This document shows, piece by piece, positions 51,348 through 62,412 of a DNA stretch of 64,000 nucleotides. This DNA comes from Raillietiella orientalis. Lineage: Eukaryota. The stretch is from assembly GCA_036172245.1 (NCBI GenBank), contig JAYWIR010000026.1, positions 1,984,001 through 2,048,000 on the forward strand. The letters run 5' to 3'. The notes beneath the pieces are model-generated. The model did not search any database and was not told the DNA's origin. It worked only from the letters and a program-made list of their open reading frames with translations. The translations under genes and the position numbers were made by a program. Position 1 is the stretch's first letter. Every line of letters begins with the position of its first letter.

Positions 51348-51584
51348 ATATCCGAAAAGTATTCCTTCCTTCCCCGAGAAGCGGTGACCAAGTTCCTTCT
51401 TCAATGCTCAGATTGCCAGAAGAGAGGATTGTCGAATTCTGATTCCATCAAGTCGTCCAGGAGGTCGGTTTGCAACAGGAAATTCGAGCCCACTGAATTT
51501 GATCTCAATTTGCCTATTACGACCGTCTATTTGAGGCATATGAGAAGTTTGGGATTTAACGATGCAGACATCTTTGATCCACAG
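51348..51584 (+). CDS. NOL4: NOL4/NOL4L-family protein, coding exon 3 (79 codons, ISEKYSFLPREAVTKFLLQCSDCQKR...FDLNLPITTVYLRHMRSLGFNDADIFDPQ); the gene continues beyond this exon
   Basis: Matches recalled NOL4 ISESYAFLPREAVTRFLMSCSECQKR and IDYNMPITMAYMKHM. Acceptor TTCAG|, strong donor CAG|GTAAGA (GT 51585), phase 0. GC3 43/79. Confidence 0.95.
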
Positions 51585-51873
51585 GTAAGAGAAAGACTCC
51601 GTTGTGCAATTGTAGTATAACGATAAATATGGGAAGCTGCTTCCCGCGTCTGCTCGTGCTCGCTTAATTACCGACCCAGACTGATTGCGCAGCATCCCTT
51701 CGAAATCTTTGAACTTTTTCCCCCTTTTGTTTATGAAGATGCCCGTGGATTTCCGGTCTGTTCTTGCCGACCATTTTTCTCGACGTGTGCGTGGCCTTTT
51801 CGTGTTTTCTTCGTTCTTGCGACTATCATCGTGGAATCATCTGTTCCATCCCGATAATACTTGCATAATTTCA

Positions 51874-51903
51874 CACATATTAATACGTGAATATTAATAT
51901 GTG
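51874..51903. repeat. Perfect 12-bp AT-rich inverted repeat with a 6-nt loop
   Basis: CACATATTAATA-CGTGAA-TATTAATATGTG; extends to 15 bp if a 2-nt bulge is allowed. Confidence 0.9.
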
Positions 51904-54900
51904 AAACAAATGTCCAAGCGCAAGAAACACGCGGATGCTCAACTGGAAGAGCTCCGTGTACAGATGTTTTTTTCCCATCTTTCTGGACTGTCTTTGGGAG
52001 CTGTTCAATCCGGAGTTTGTTGCTCAGCTCGCTCGTGTTAAAAGGGACCCGGGTCGTCAGCAAAGGCGCCGGTTTCCGGAAAGGGAGGCTGCGACGGCAT
52101 CTCTTCGTGTGCTCCCTCGTCTGGGCGTGCTCGTTTCCACGGCCTGGATGTCTGATGCAGCAGCATGTCACGTGCGGAAACGCACTCGTATGCGTGTGCA
52201 TCCAGCCTCCGTGATTATGCTGGTAGCTCTTTACGTGACGTTGCGCGCGTGGATTGCACCACGTTGCTGTCGTCGCTGCTCGTATGTTATGTAAGAGCCC
52301 ACCGACCGTACTGGGCATCGACGCGTACCTCGAGTCGCGTACCACGGCAGTGGTACGCGACTTTGCAAGCCATGGCTCTGTGTTGTACCCATCGTAGGTG
52401 CGGCATCTGCATCGAATATGCAGTCATTTTATTTTATGATCGGTTAATACACGGTGGAGGAAGGTGCGAGCACATACGTTTTCTCTTCCATGGGCTAATG
52501 TGTGTACGTTTTGGTGCGTGAAGCTACGCACTGGGGGTGCTTTGCCCCCCACTCGCACGAGCTCCCGGCTTCCCTTGTCTTGCCTGCGTGCGCAACGTTT
52601 CGAACGGGGGTTCCTTCGGTCAGAGTTCGTCCCTTCGAGGGTCGCTCTTTCGTCCAGTAATTTGGAAGACCTCTGTGCATTACCCTTTCCTCCGGATCTC
52701 GCGGCAGACGACAGTGCAACTTTTGCAGGACGAAGGCTTCTTGCGGAAGCCACACGTGGATGCCATTGCCCCTTCGGTGGCGCATCCTCTTCCTGTAGAC
52801 TCCGCGTGTTCTACATGCCCCTGGATAACGTATTTGTGTGTAGGAGATCACTGACTGCTTCCTGGTGCACACACCTGTGTGTTTTTCCAGGTGGAACTAT
52901 TCCAATTTTCGCGGGACGCATTCGTGTTGTGGATTCTAGTGTATCACATTGTGTAAACACGGATGGTAGTGCTTGCGAGCAAGTGTTTTTTGTTTTTGTT
53001 TTTTCACGTCTGTTAAAATCTCGACTTTTATATAAGATGCACACTCCGAAGCAGATTGGGATGGAAGGTGGGGGTGGGGAAGAGGGCTTATTTGGGACAA
53101 GGAATAAAATTCAGCGATGGAAATCCCATTTCCGGAACGCAAGAAGGACGAGGATCAGGGTCGTCTGTGATCCGTCGGAAATGCTCCCAGTATCCTCTTT
53201 AGACGGTTAACAGCAGCACGAACTCGTGGGTTCAGAAGAAGTTTGCTGACGCACATGCCCAAGTTGTTCGTTTAGCCAGGATCCCGAAGTGGAAGAAGAG
53301 GAAGGGAGAAGACGGGAGCGAAGTGGGAGCAAAGAAGGGAAAGCGGCGATTCACATCCCGGAGGTGGAAGGAGTGGTGTGGAAGTGTGATGGGCACATCA
53401 TCTCAGTAGGAGGGAAACACACACACACACACACACACCTCAGGAGCTATGAGTCAGACTCGGATTACACTTGCAGAGCTTCAGCCTGGGAGCTGCTGGG
53501 GGGGGGGGGGGATTAGGCTCGGCACGGAACTAGACGCACGTCTGCGAAATTTCGCTTCCAGATTTTCCGATTTCGTTAGCTGGTTCCTGACGGTCGGCGC
53601 CATGGAAACTCACGTGTTAACGGATCCCGGGTTCTCTGGTCTGTAGCCGATGCATAGAGCACCGTTTGTCCCTTCTCGGCTCTGCAGTCCGGGAAGAGAG
53701 TGGAAATAGCTACCGGCGAGACCCGGTTTGGGGATGTCTCCCGGGGAAAACACATGCAGGGGAGGAGGCGGAGCGCCACTTAGACCTGGATGGATAAGCC
53801 AGGAGAAACCTCAGGACTCTGGACAGGCAGCGAGAGCGGAATCCATCAAAGATGGGAATCTCAAGGAAAATGCCATGAGTCCCCTCGAACGAATTGGGAT
53901 TCCGAGGTGCAGGAAAAAGGATTACAGCCGCGTCAACAATCACGGGATGGAGTGATGAGGAGTTACCGGAGGAGTGATGAGTATCCTCAAAAGGAAAATT
54001 ACGCGAGTGCGGCAGCACATCCAGCCGGATGGAATAAAGTTTCAAATGAAGGTTTATTGCGAAGGTGGGATCATCAAGTCATCGGAGACAAGAAAGATTG
54101 AGGGGACGGAAAATGCCGATGGGAGTACCTTCGGAGTGATGGGTTTCCGTGCTCTCCGCTGTCGTTCTTTAGAGGCGGAGGCAGCAGGAAGGAGGCGCCA
54201 AACGCGGACTTTCCTGGAGAGCGGAAATGGCAGCTGGCATCGCCAGCAAGCGGGTCGTTCGTAGTAATGAATCTGCGGAAGATTCGAAAGTTTTCAAAGG
54301 GAAGAACGTCGGCCAAGGATGAGTATTAACAAAGGTACTACTCGTTCGTCCAGGGGGCACGGGGATATTGGGGGGGGAGGGGGTTCGCTCAAGTCCGGCG
54401 CCGTTTGTTTTTCCCCATCGGTCGGCGGTAATGGAATTCGGTCGCTTTGGGTGGAGTGCGAAAGACGTGCTCGCATCTGTGACGGAACACTGTAGCGGAA
54501 TGCGGGAAATTTTCCGCGCTTATCTTTGGACTCATCCTCAACCGTGTAAAAGGATCGGTCGTTGAGCAGATTTTGTGCGGTGTGCTGCGCCGATGGACTG
54601 CGTTTAATGGATCTCATTCGAAGGGGCATCCTCGGCTTATGTTGGAACAGACCGCACTCCTCGTACGAAGCACGGAGGTTTTTCCAGCTGTACTTATTCG
54701 GCGCGTTCGGATGCTGGAACGCATGCGACCGTATTGCTCGTGCTTCTGCTGCGCCGTCGTAGAATTCCCACCTTCCCCAGACGCCCCGGAGCCCCCTCTC
54801 GACAAGTTCGTTCTGTCCACCGATCGCTTGGCGGTAACGGTGGTTGTTAGGGACCCTACGGGTCCGATGCCTCTTTCACCACAGGGCTGGCCACAGGGCC

Positions 54901-57900
54901 GTCGCGTACAAAGTGTCCACATAGCGTGCGGATCGTTGAGATTTAGGTGCGAGGGGATGCAGCTCCACCGATTGCTTTGCCAACTCGAGGCGCTCTCTTC
55001 TTTTCTTGCGTTCTCCGTGCTGCTGAACGCGAGCCAGCATCCATTCGTTCCATTATTTGTTGACCCCACTGTAGCCTGCCTGCGACGACCAACCGGAACC
55101 TATTTTCCTCTCTTCATGCTGATCTTGGTTTTAGGGTTCTGCCAGTCTTGCTGGCGGTGATGCAACAGCGCAGCATTGCCCTCTTCTGCCAGTCGCCGAC
55201 ATCAGGGCGCGTCGAGTTCCTTAGTGCTCGTTCCGCAAAAGGCGTGCGCCGTATGGGTCGTGTCGGCAGTGTCGCTAATTTTCGGGATCCCATTCAAAGA
55301 AGTCCTGGTGCGTGCACGCTGGCGCGCGTGTGCTTCGTGTAGGTCCGCCGCTCGCGTCCACCATCCACCTCCCTCTTCCACGGCTTTTCCCTGTAATCGG
55401 GCAGATCTTCTGCGCCACTTGACCCGGATTCCTTCTGGGGGGCTCCGGCCGAGAGTAGGGAACGTCCGTAGAAAATCTCGCGCTTTTCGTCCGAACTGCC
55501 TTCTGCGTGTCGACCTTTGGAGGATGGGATTCTCTGGGAACGCGGAGGACACGGCGATCGGAAGCTTCTGGCGGTCCTTGTGTGTGTGATCCGCCGGATA
55601 AAATGCCCTCGCCAAAAGGTGCGATCGATGCGTTCCCTCGAGTCTCTCGTTGGAGCGCCGCATCTTCCGCACGCATCCGTTTGTTTGTCTCCGGGATTGA
55701 TTGCTGCGGACCGAACTTTCGGCGCAAACACGCTAGGAATGTGTGATGAATCGCCTGGCGGTGAGATGGTGATGATGGTACGTGCTGCCGGATGGGGATG
55801 TGCGGCGGCGGGGCGAAGGCACGCTCACCAGTGTGTGTCCGCTGCTTTTCTCCTCCCCCGGGAGCCGTGTCCGTAGCGGGAACACTCGAGTGCGCGCACT
55901 CTCGTTTGCCCCCGTTCCCGAGATAAGAAAGGGGAAGAAGCTGCTTGCTTGCTGCATGTGCTCTCTTCACAGTTACGAAAATAGCCAGATCTCGCGAAAG
56001 CGGCGGGGAGCAGGCGGGAGGGGAGATGCGGGCGCACGCTCAGGGTTTTCTCGGAGATCCTTCACCTGCGGGAGTGTGCGCGCGCGCGCGCGCGGCCCTC
56101 GCGCGCCCCAGGACGGATCTCGGCGTTCCTCGAGCCGTTCATTCCGCTCAACGGCGCTTTGGACTTGCGGAAACGCTGTCGCTGCTGCTTCAGCTGCTGC
56201 TGCACCACACCCTTCACTGTGCTCCTCTCCAACCTGCCACCGACTCGGGGAACCACCAGCTGGGATGCAGAGGCGTTCGCTCGCTTCCGCACTTCCATTT
56301 CAACCCTCTTCTTCCCTTCACAACCAGAAGATGGCGCTTGCCCCTTCTGCGATTTTTCATCGTCTTCGTCTTCTGCGCCGTCTTGCTGTCGGGAAGCCTC
56401 GCACCAGCACCTTGCTACGCCGCCTCTGTTGCTCTTGCCACAGGACGGAACCATGGATGGGGCGCGCGACCGGCTGCGCGTTTTCTCGTTGCCGAGCCCT
56501 CCGCCCATTCCCTTCTCTCCTTTATTTCCGCTTTTTTCTTTTATTTTTCCTGATTTCCCGGTTTCCTTGAGCTGGACAGAGGCGAGTTGGTCCTTTCGAA
56601 TGTGCCGGGAATGCATCCTAATCTTATCCTTCGATTGGTCCTGGACCGTAGTGGGTGGAGGTGCTGTGGTCTCTGCTAGTGTCATCGTTAAGGGCAGAAC
56701 GGTGGTTCTGACAGCTTCGATTCCCTCTCGGTGCTTCGATGCAGACGTCTTCCTCCCTTTGAGGAGCATTTTCATGGACTAGGGTACGGTGATCTCCACC
56801 TTCCTCCGCAGCATTATCTCTGGTCCCGACGGGAATCTCCATCTGGTGGTAGGGCGCGGCACTTCCCTGGTTGTTCGCTTCATGTCTGTGAGGGTCCGTG
56901 GCTTTTCCTTCTAGTGGCCGGACTATGCCACTTTGCTTTCCTTTCCTGCTGCTGCCTCTGCACCTCCTCCTCCTCCACCTTTGTTTCTCTGCCTGCTGAG
57001 ACTGCGGCCGCATCGGTATTCTTCTCGGAAGTCCTTCCTCGGTAGCGACTTATCGTAGGAATCTTATCGGACGGACCTTCCCGTGGCTTCCACGTAGAGG
57101 GAGCGGCCCGTGCGCTTCCTGCAGATGGAAAGATTGGAGGCTTTCTGAATAATCCCAACAGCCCGGGAATACTTGTCGCGAAGGTCAGGACCGCGTAAAA
57201 GAACGGATGATCAGGGGATCGGTCGACCTGGGGTGGGTGCCCGTGCGCCGGAAATTCGAGGCGCTGTACCGTACAAGCGTGTGAACACCTTCGCTCCTCG
57301 ACCCTTAGCGCCGCGCGGCAGACGGTCGTCTCCAGGAGGACACGGGCAGTCGCTGCGCGGCCCTCGTTCGCCCTGTCCAGGCCGCCGACTCGCCACTCTG
57401 TTCCACCCGCGTTGCGTCCTCCCTCCTCCCTGCTGATAGCAACGCTCGCCTCGCCGCCCGCTGCCTCCTTCAGGGGTCCTGCAGTGACGGTAGGCGTCTC
57501 GCACGGCGGAAAGGCAGCCCCACTCGCTCGCGTGGGCAAGCGCCGATATCGGCCTGCATGTTCGTTTGCTGGAAGGGGAGAGAGGGGGCGGAGGGGAGGA
57601 GCAGGATAACCCGAATCCCGACACAGTTTGCTCGGCATCCACCGCTTGCCCCCCTTCTCTGCTTACGCAGCGACAGCGATCCGTTCAGAGCAGAGAGGGG
57701 GAGCGTCTCGCTGCCCCCGTGGTTCCTCCGCTTCGCCCGTTCCGTAGTGCCGAGTCACCGCCTCAGCTGGGCGGCGCTGAGGTTCCCCGGAGAACTCGGC
57801 GACGCAAAAAAGGGATGAGAAGGCAGAATTTGCTTTCTGGATCAGGCAGTAGGGGTCCTCTTCAATCACTTTTCGGAAATCAGGCCTTCCTAAGGAAGAA

Positions 57901-60508
57901 GAGAATCCCTTTGTTTCCCAGCTTCTTCCTAAGAAAAATTTTCTGGAGCCGTTTCCCAGACGACCACGCGCAGGCATACATGCGTAGCTCGAGAGTGAAT
58001 GCTCGCGGGCTCAGCGTCGCGTGCCTGGCGTAGTCATGGGAAGAGCGGTTTTTAGCACTCGAGGCGCTCCCGCTCGCTGTTCCCGGATGGGAATCGCGGG
58101 CGGGAGCGAATGGGGGAGTGAAGAAGAGGGGGGGGGGGAGGAGGAGAAGGAGCTGGGGCGCGTGTGCAAAACGAAAGATTGCGCGCGGAAGTTCCACAAT
58201 AGGTGTCGCTCTGTCAAGTGCTGCACGCGTTTCCAGGACAACCAGCGTGCCTGCCCGACAACGCGCACACCGGAGGGAGAGAGAGAGAGAGAGAGGGGGG
58301 GGATTCATTCCTGCTGCTGCCACCGCCGTCGTTGTTTCTCTCTCCCCTTGAATTTTCGCCCAGCAGCTTCCCAGTCGGATGCTGCCCTTTTCCAGGTGCA
58401 TGCTTGCCGGCCCTCCGTGATAGCGCCAAATGCATGGGTATCCCGTCGCCGCCCCCGCGTTATATCGATATGCACGTCTCTTTCCTCAATCTGGGAGCGC
58501 AGCTCGTCCACGGACTTGTAGGGGACTTTGGAGTACGCAGTTGCTGCTCGGCCTTCTCCCATGTTTCGGCGGGAACTATCCAAAGGCCCGAACGAACCTT
58601 CCGGGCGAACAGATGTCTAGGTCGGAAGCATGGAGGATGAGGGCACGACTTGCAGCCCATACTTTCTTGCTGCTGCAACGGGGAAGCTGCTTTCCACCTC
58701 TTACTTACTCTTACCCTCCTGCGATTTCTCCTGCTGTTTGTTTTGCGGCACACCGACGTCCCTCCCATGGTATGCGTGCGAAGTGCAGAAGGGATGGGAA
58801 GGGGGAGAGAAGAGAACACGCCGCCGCGAGGATCGGGGGGGGGGGGGGGACGCTAGCCTACCCGATGAGGGTGCGTCTTACATTTCAGGGGAGGAGCGTC
58901 TCCTCCGTGTCCCCGCTCTCTCCCAGCGCTTCTTTCCGCAGCAGTCCTTCGTCTTTTGGAGGGTGAAGGAGGAGGCAGTTTCTTCTGTGCCTGTCGCTGT
59001 CGGTGGCGCGTCTGCGTTCTCTGGCCCATTTCTTCTCGTGATGAGACCTGGTTAGCAAGTAGGGAGCAAGCAAGGACGGCGGGCGGGCGGCGGCGGCGGC
59101 GGCGGAGGCTCTCCTCGCCCTTTTCCGTCTTTCTCCATCTTCCGCACGCGAGCGCGCATGCGCCGTGGTTGTCGCCTTTCCGCCAGGGCCGTTGCGCTTT
59201 CCGCATGCTTTTCGCGCGCACATTCTTCAGGGAGCGCGTATGTCTCGTATCTCGCTCCCTTCTCCTGCTTATCCCTTCGGCAGGAGCATGGGGTTTTGCG
59301 CACGATGCTTGCTAATGGCAGGGATGGAGAGTGGGGCTGCTGCGAGGGGGATCAGTGGTGGTAAACAGTCTGTTGACGGTGGCGAGTTGGGGGAAGTTCC
59401 TGGAGAGGGCCACGGCAGCAGCATCCGGAGGCGATCCCGCGGGATCGAATCGGGGGAATTCCAAGAGAAAGGGAGCTGGAGGAGGAAGGAGGGGACGGCA
59501 CCGAGACCGAGATAAGGGGAAAAGTGGGATCCGGAACGGGGGAGAGGGAGACGGAACGGGACGGAAGGGCTTTCCCGTCGAGGACGATCTCCGGGAAGAG
59601 ACAAGATTTGTTGTTTTCTTGTGGTGGGTGTGTTGGGGCTAGCGCTCCGGAAGGGGAGGTGTATAGAAAATGGGTCCTGGTGCTAGGGGCGTAGTAAACC
59701 CTCGTGCGGAAGACTTCTCCCACCCTACCTCCTCGTTTTCAATCCGGGAGCATCTCTCCCCGCAAACGGTGCTCCGAGAAAAAGGAAGGGGTGGTGGCGG
59801 GGAGGTCCAGAGGGGGAGCGAAGGACGGGAGGGACAAAAATTCTGCGTCCCCTTTCCAATTGGAAATGTTCTGCGGAAGTTCCCGCTCCTTCTCCGCGTC
59901 CTTTTTTTGTCCGTGTGGTGGGCAGGAGGTCCGAGCTCGCGAGAGGGGAATCTGAGCAGGCACGAGCAGTCTCTCTCGTGTGAGCCTGGTCGTCGTCCCC
60001 CCCCCCCTTCCCCCCCTCCCCTTGGGAGAGTTGGTTCCAGGAATTATTTCGCTCGCCTCACTCCCGTCATCGTGGTCGCTGGTATCGGGGAGTTCACGCA
60101 TGCTCAGTCGCCCTCCCCCATACCGCCATCGTGCCATTTTCCCAACGCTGCGTTCCCTCCCCCCCTCCTCTCCCTCTCCTGCTTCCCACTTTTCTTTATT
60201 GTTTACGAGAGGGACGAAGGAGCAACGGCAGCACTTTCGCAGCAGCAGGTGTGGAGGGCGGCAGGAAAGGTGAGGGAGGCGGTGCGAAGATGGGGGCGAG
60301 GTAAAAGAGGGAGGGGGGAGCCGCCGTGGGATGCGCAAGCGCCGAGTATCCGTTCTGTCCAGACGGGAGTACTGCGACGTCCGTCGCCCGCGCGCCCTTC
60401 CTCTCGCCCTCTCGTTTGTTCGTACGTTTGGATTTCGTTCGCTATTTGTTTGGTGGCTCACCGCTCCCCCCTCCGTCCTTCCGCCCTGCCCCCTTCCTCC
60501 GTCCCACT

Positions 60509-60510
<2 letters not shown>

Positions 60511-60565
<55 letters not shown>

Positions 60566-60821
60566 ACCGCCACCGCCACCGCCGCCGGCCGGTGTTGCAA
60601 TCGGAGAGGAGGAACCCGACGGCTCGCGGCTCCTCGCCGGCTGCGGAGAGCGGCGTCTCCCTTCCGAAAAAATTGACTCGGGAGGGAGGGAGGGTGCACA
60701 CGCGGCGGCACTGCTGCTGCTGCTGCTGCTTCGCGCTCAGAAGCGTGGCGGCGTTCCCCAACCGCACTGCATGCGTGCGGCGTGCGGAGGCAACTTGTGC
60801 GCTCGTTCCTCTCCCGTGGCG

Positions 60822-60858
<37 letters not shown>

Positions 60859-60860
60859 CG
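60511..60860. repeat. Compound triplet block: (CGT)11, (CGC)n/(CACCGC)n, (CTG)n, (GGC)n
   Basis: Read directly: (CGT)11 60511-60543, CGC/CAC array to about 60587, (CTG)6 about 60711-60728, (GGC)n about 60824-60860. Confidence 0.95.
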
Positions 60861-61098
60861 AAAACCGAGAAAAAGGAAGGAAGGGAGGAAAGGAAAGAAA
60901 AAAAAGGGAGGAAGCGGCGGTTTCCCCCCCCCTCCTCTTTTCCCTCCTCCTCCCTCCCCCTTCTCGTCTCCTGCCGCCTTCGCCGTGATGCAAGAGGAGA
61001 GCCTCGCGGGGACTCGGAACGTGTAGTGTCCGTTGTTTTTTTTCCGTGTGTGCGTTATGGGATACCACACGGCGTGATTGTTGTCGAGGCAACCAGCG

Positions 61099-61125
61099 AT
61101 GGCGCAGGAACCGAGCAGCTACAAG
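61099..61125 (+). CDS. Candidate coding part of an alternative first exon (MAQEPSSYK) of the NOL4-like gene
   Basis: GCG-ATG-G start context (G at -3 and +4), in-frame upstream stop TGA at 61075-61077, nine codons, then AAG|GTAATG, the same donor 9-mer as exon 1 and the same phase 0 as the exon 3 donor. It follows a GC/triplet-repeat block. There is no homology or transcript evidence. Confidence 0.3.
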
Positions 61126-62382
61126 GTAATGCGGATGATGGAGAGGGTAGCAGGTGGGGGGGGGGGGAGAGGAAGGAGGCCGCACAGAGCAGAACCGTGA
61201 GGCGTCGTCTTCCTGCTGGCTGGAGGGTAGGGGGAGGAGACCGGGCGAGGAAGCACGCGCGTGCTTGCTTGGCGGAAAGGGAGGGAGGGCGCGTACGCGT
61301 AGATGCGCGTGCGACCGGCCATTGACATTGTCCTGTGAAAGCATCCGCCACCCCCGCCCCCCTTCGTCTTTGCGCCATCACCACGCGATGCTCTCCACGC
61401 CCTCGCGTGCATCATCGCGCCCCTAGGTCATCTGTCGACGTGTTGTCGACGCTGCTTCTGCTCCTGCTGTTGTTGTTTCGCTTCTCTCGTTCCTCCTCTC
61501 CGCCTCCCGTGGCAACAGCCAGCTCTCCCTCTCCTCCTCTCTTGCCCCGTTGCATGGAGGCGGCGGCGGCGCCGACTTCCTCCCCGCCGTCATAGGAGCG
61601 TCGCGCCCCGCATGTTGGGAGGCAGGCGCACAACTTGGCACACACCGCTCGTCCCTGCTGGTGCGGCTGAGCCCGAGGAGACTGAAGAGAGACTGGCTAC
61701 GTGGCCTCCGTGCTGCGAAAGAAAACCGCCTGTTGCCTCTGGCAACGTAGAGGGTTCTTCCAGGTGGATGGGAGCTCTCTGCGAGGCGGCAATGAATGAT
61801 GCCCAGGAGGGGCCAGGTTTCTGGAGAGTGAGAGATGGGGAAACGGCTACTTCTCGTGCAGCTTCTCCCAATGGCAAGTCCGGAACTCTCGTCCCGTCCT
61901 TTTGAGCTCCTTCCTTGGTCTACCACCCACCTCCCCCCCTCTTCCCCGTTTTTTTCTCACCTGAGGAAGGACGCACTGGGAGTGGACAGCAGCCGACTCG
62001 CTCGCGAGGTGCACGCTTGGCCGTTCCATGTTTCATCTGCGTCGCCTGGTTGCGCGTCCGTAGTTCACCTCCTTACTGGTTTCGATCCTCAGGATCTAGC
62101 CGTGGTTCCCATAACCATGGGAACCGAGGGGAGGGAGCGATAGACTGGCAAAAAAAAAAAAAAAAAGAGGAACCCCCGGAGTGCCGTGAATCGGTTTTTG
62201 TCATTTGTCCTGGAAAACGAGAGCTCGATTGGACTTCCCGCCATTTCGCTCCCTCGACCTCCCCCGCCTTTTCCCCACCCCCGGCGCTCTTCCCTAGGCA
62301 GCAGAAAGTAGATAGGATAGGGAGGGAAGGAGAGGGCAGTATCGCTCGGCCCCGTGACGCGCGCGTTTTCTGCGACCTCGCC

Positions 62383-62412
62383 GCACGGCACGGCACGGCA
62401 CGGCACGGCACG
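62383..62412. repeat. (GCACG)6 pentanucleotide repeat
   Basis: Read directly. Confidence 0.95.

Noticed and set aside
51585..51620. Intron read-through tail VRERLRCAIVV* as a CaaX prenylation signal
   Set aside because: The Cys is fifth from the end, not fourth, and the strong CAG|GTAAGA donor argues for splicing.
56062..56775. 237-aa - strand ORF with protein-like K/Q/E composition
   Set aside because: No recognisable domain or splice context; explained by the pyrimidine-rich + strand.
59432..59447. 16-bp perfect palindrome CGATCCCGCGGGATCG
   Set aside because: About one or two such palindromes are expected by chance in 64 kb of GC-rich DNA.
59670..61344. 551-, 443- and 300-aa ORFs with poly-S/P/A/R tracts
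   Set aside because: Produced by triplet microsatellites in stop-poor DNA; no recognisable protein.
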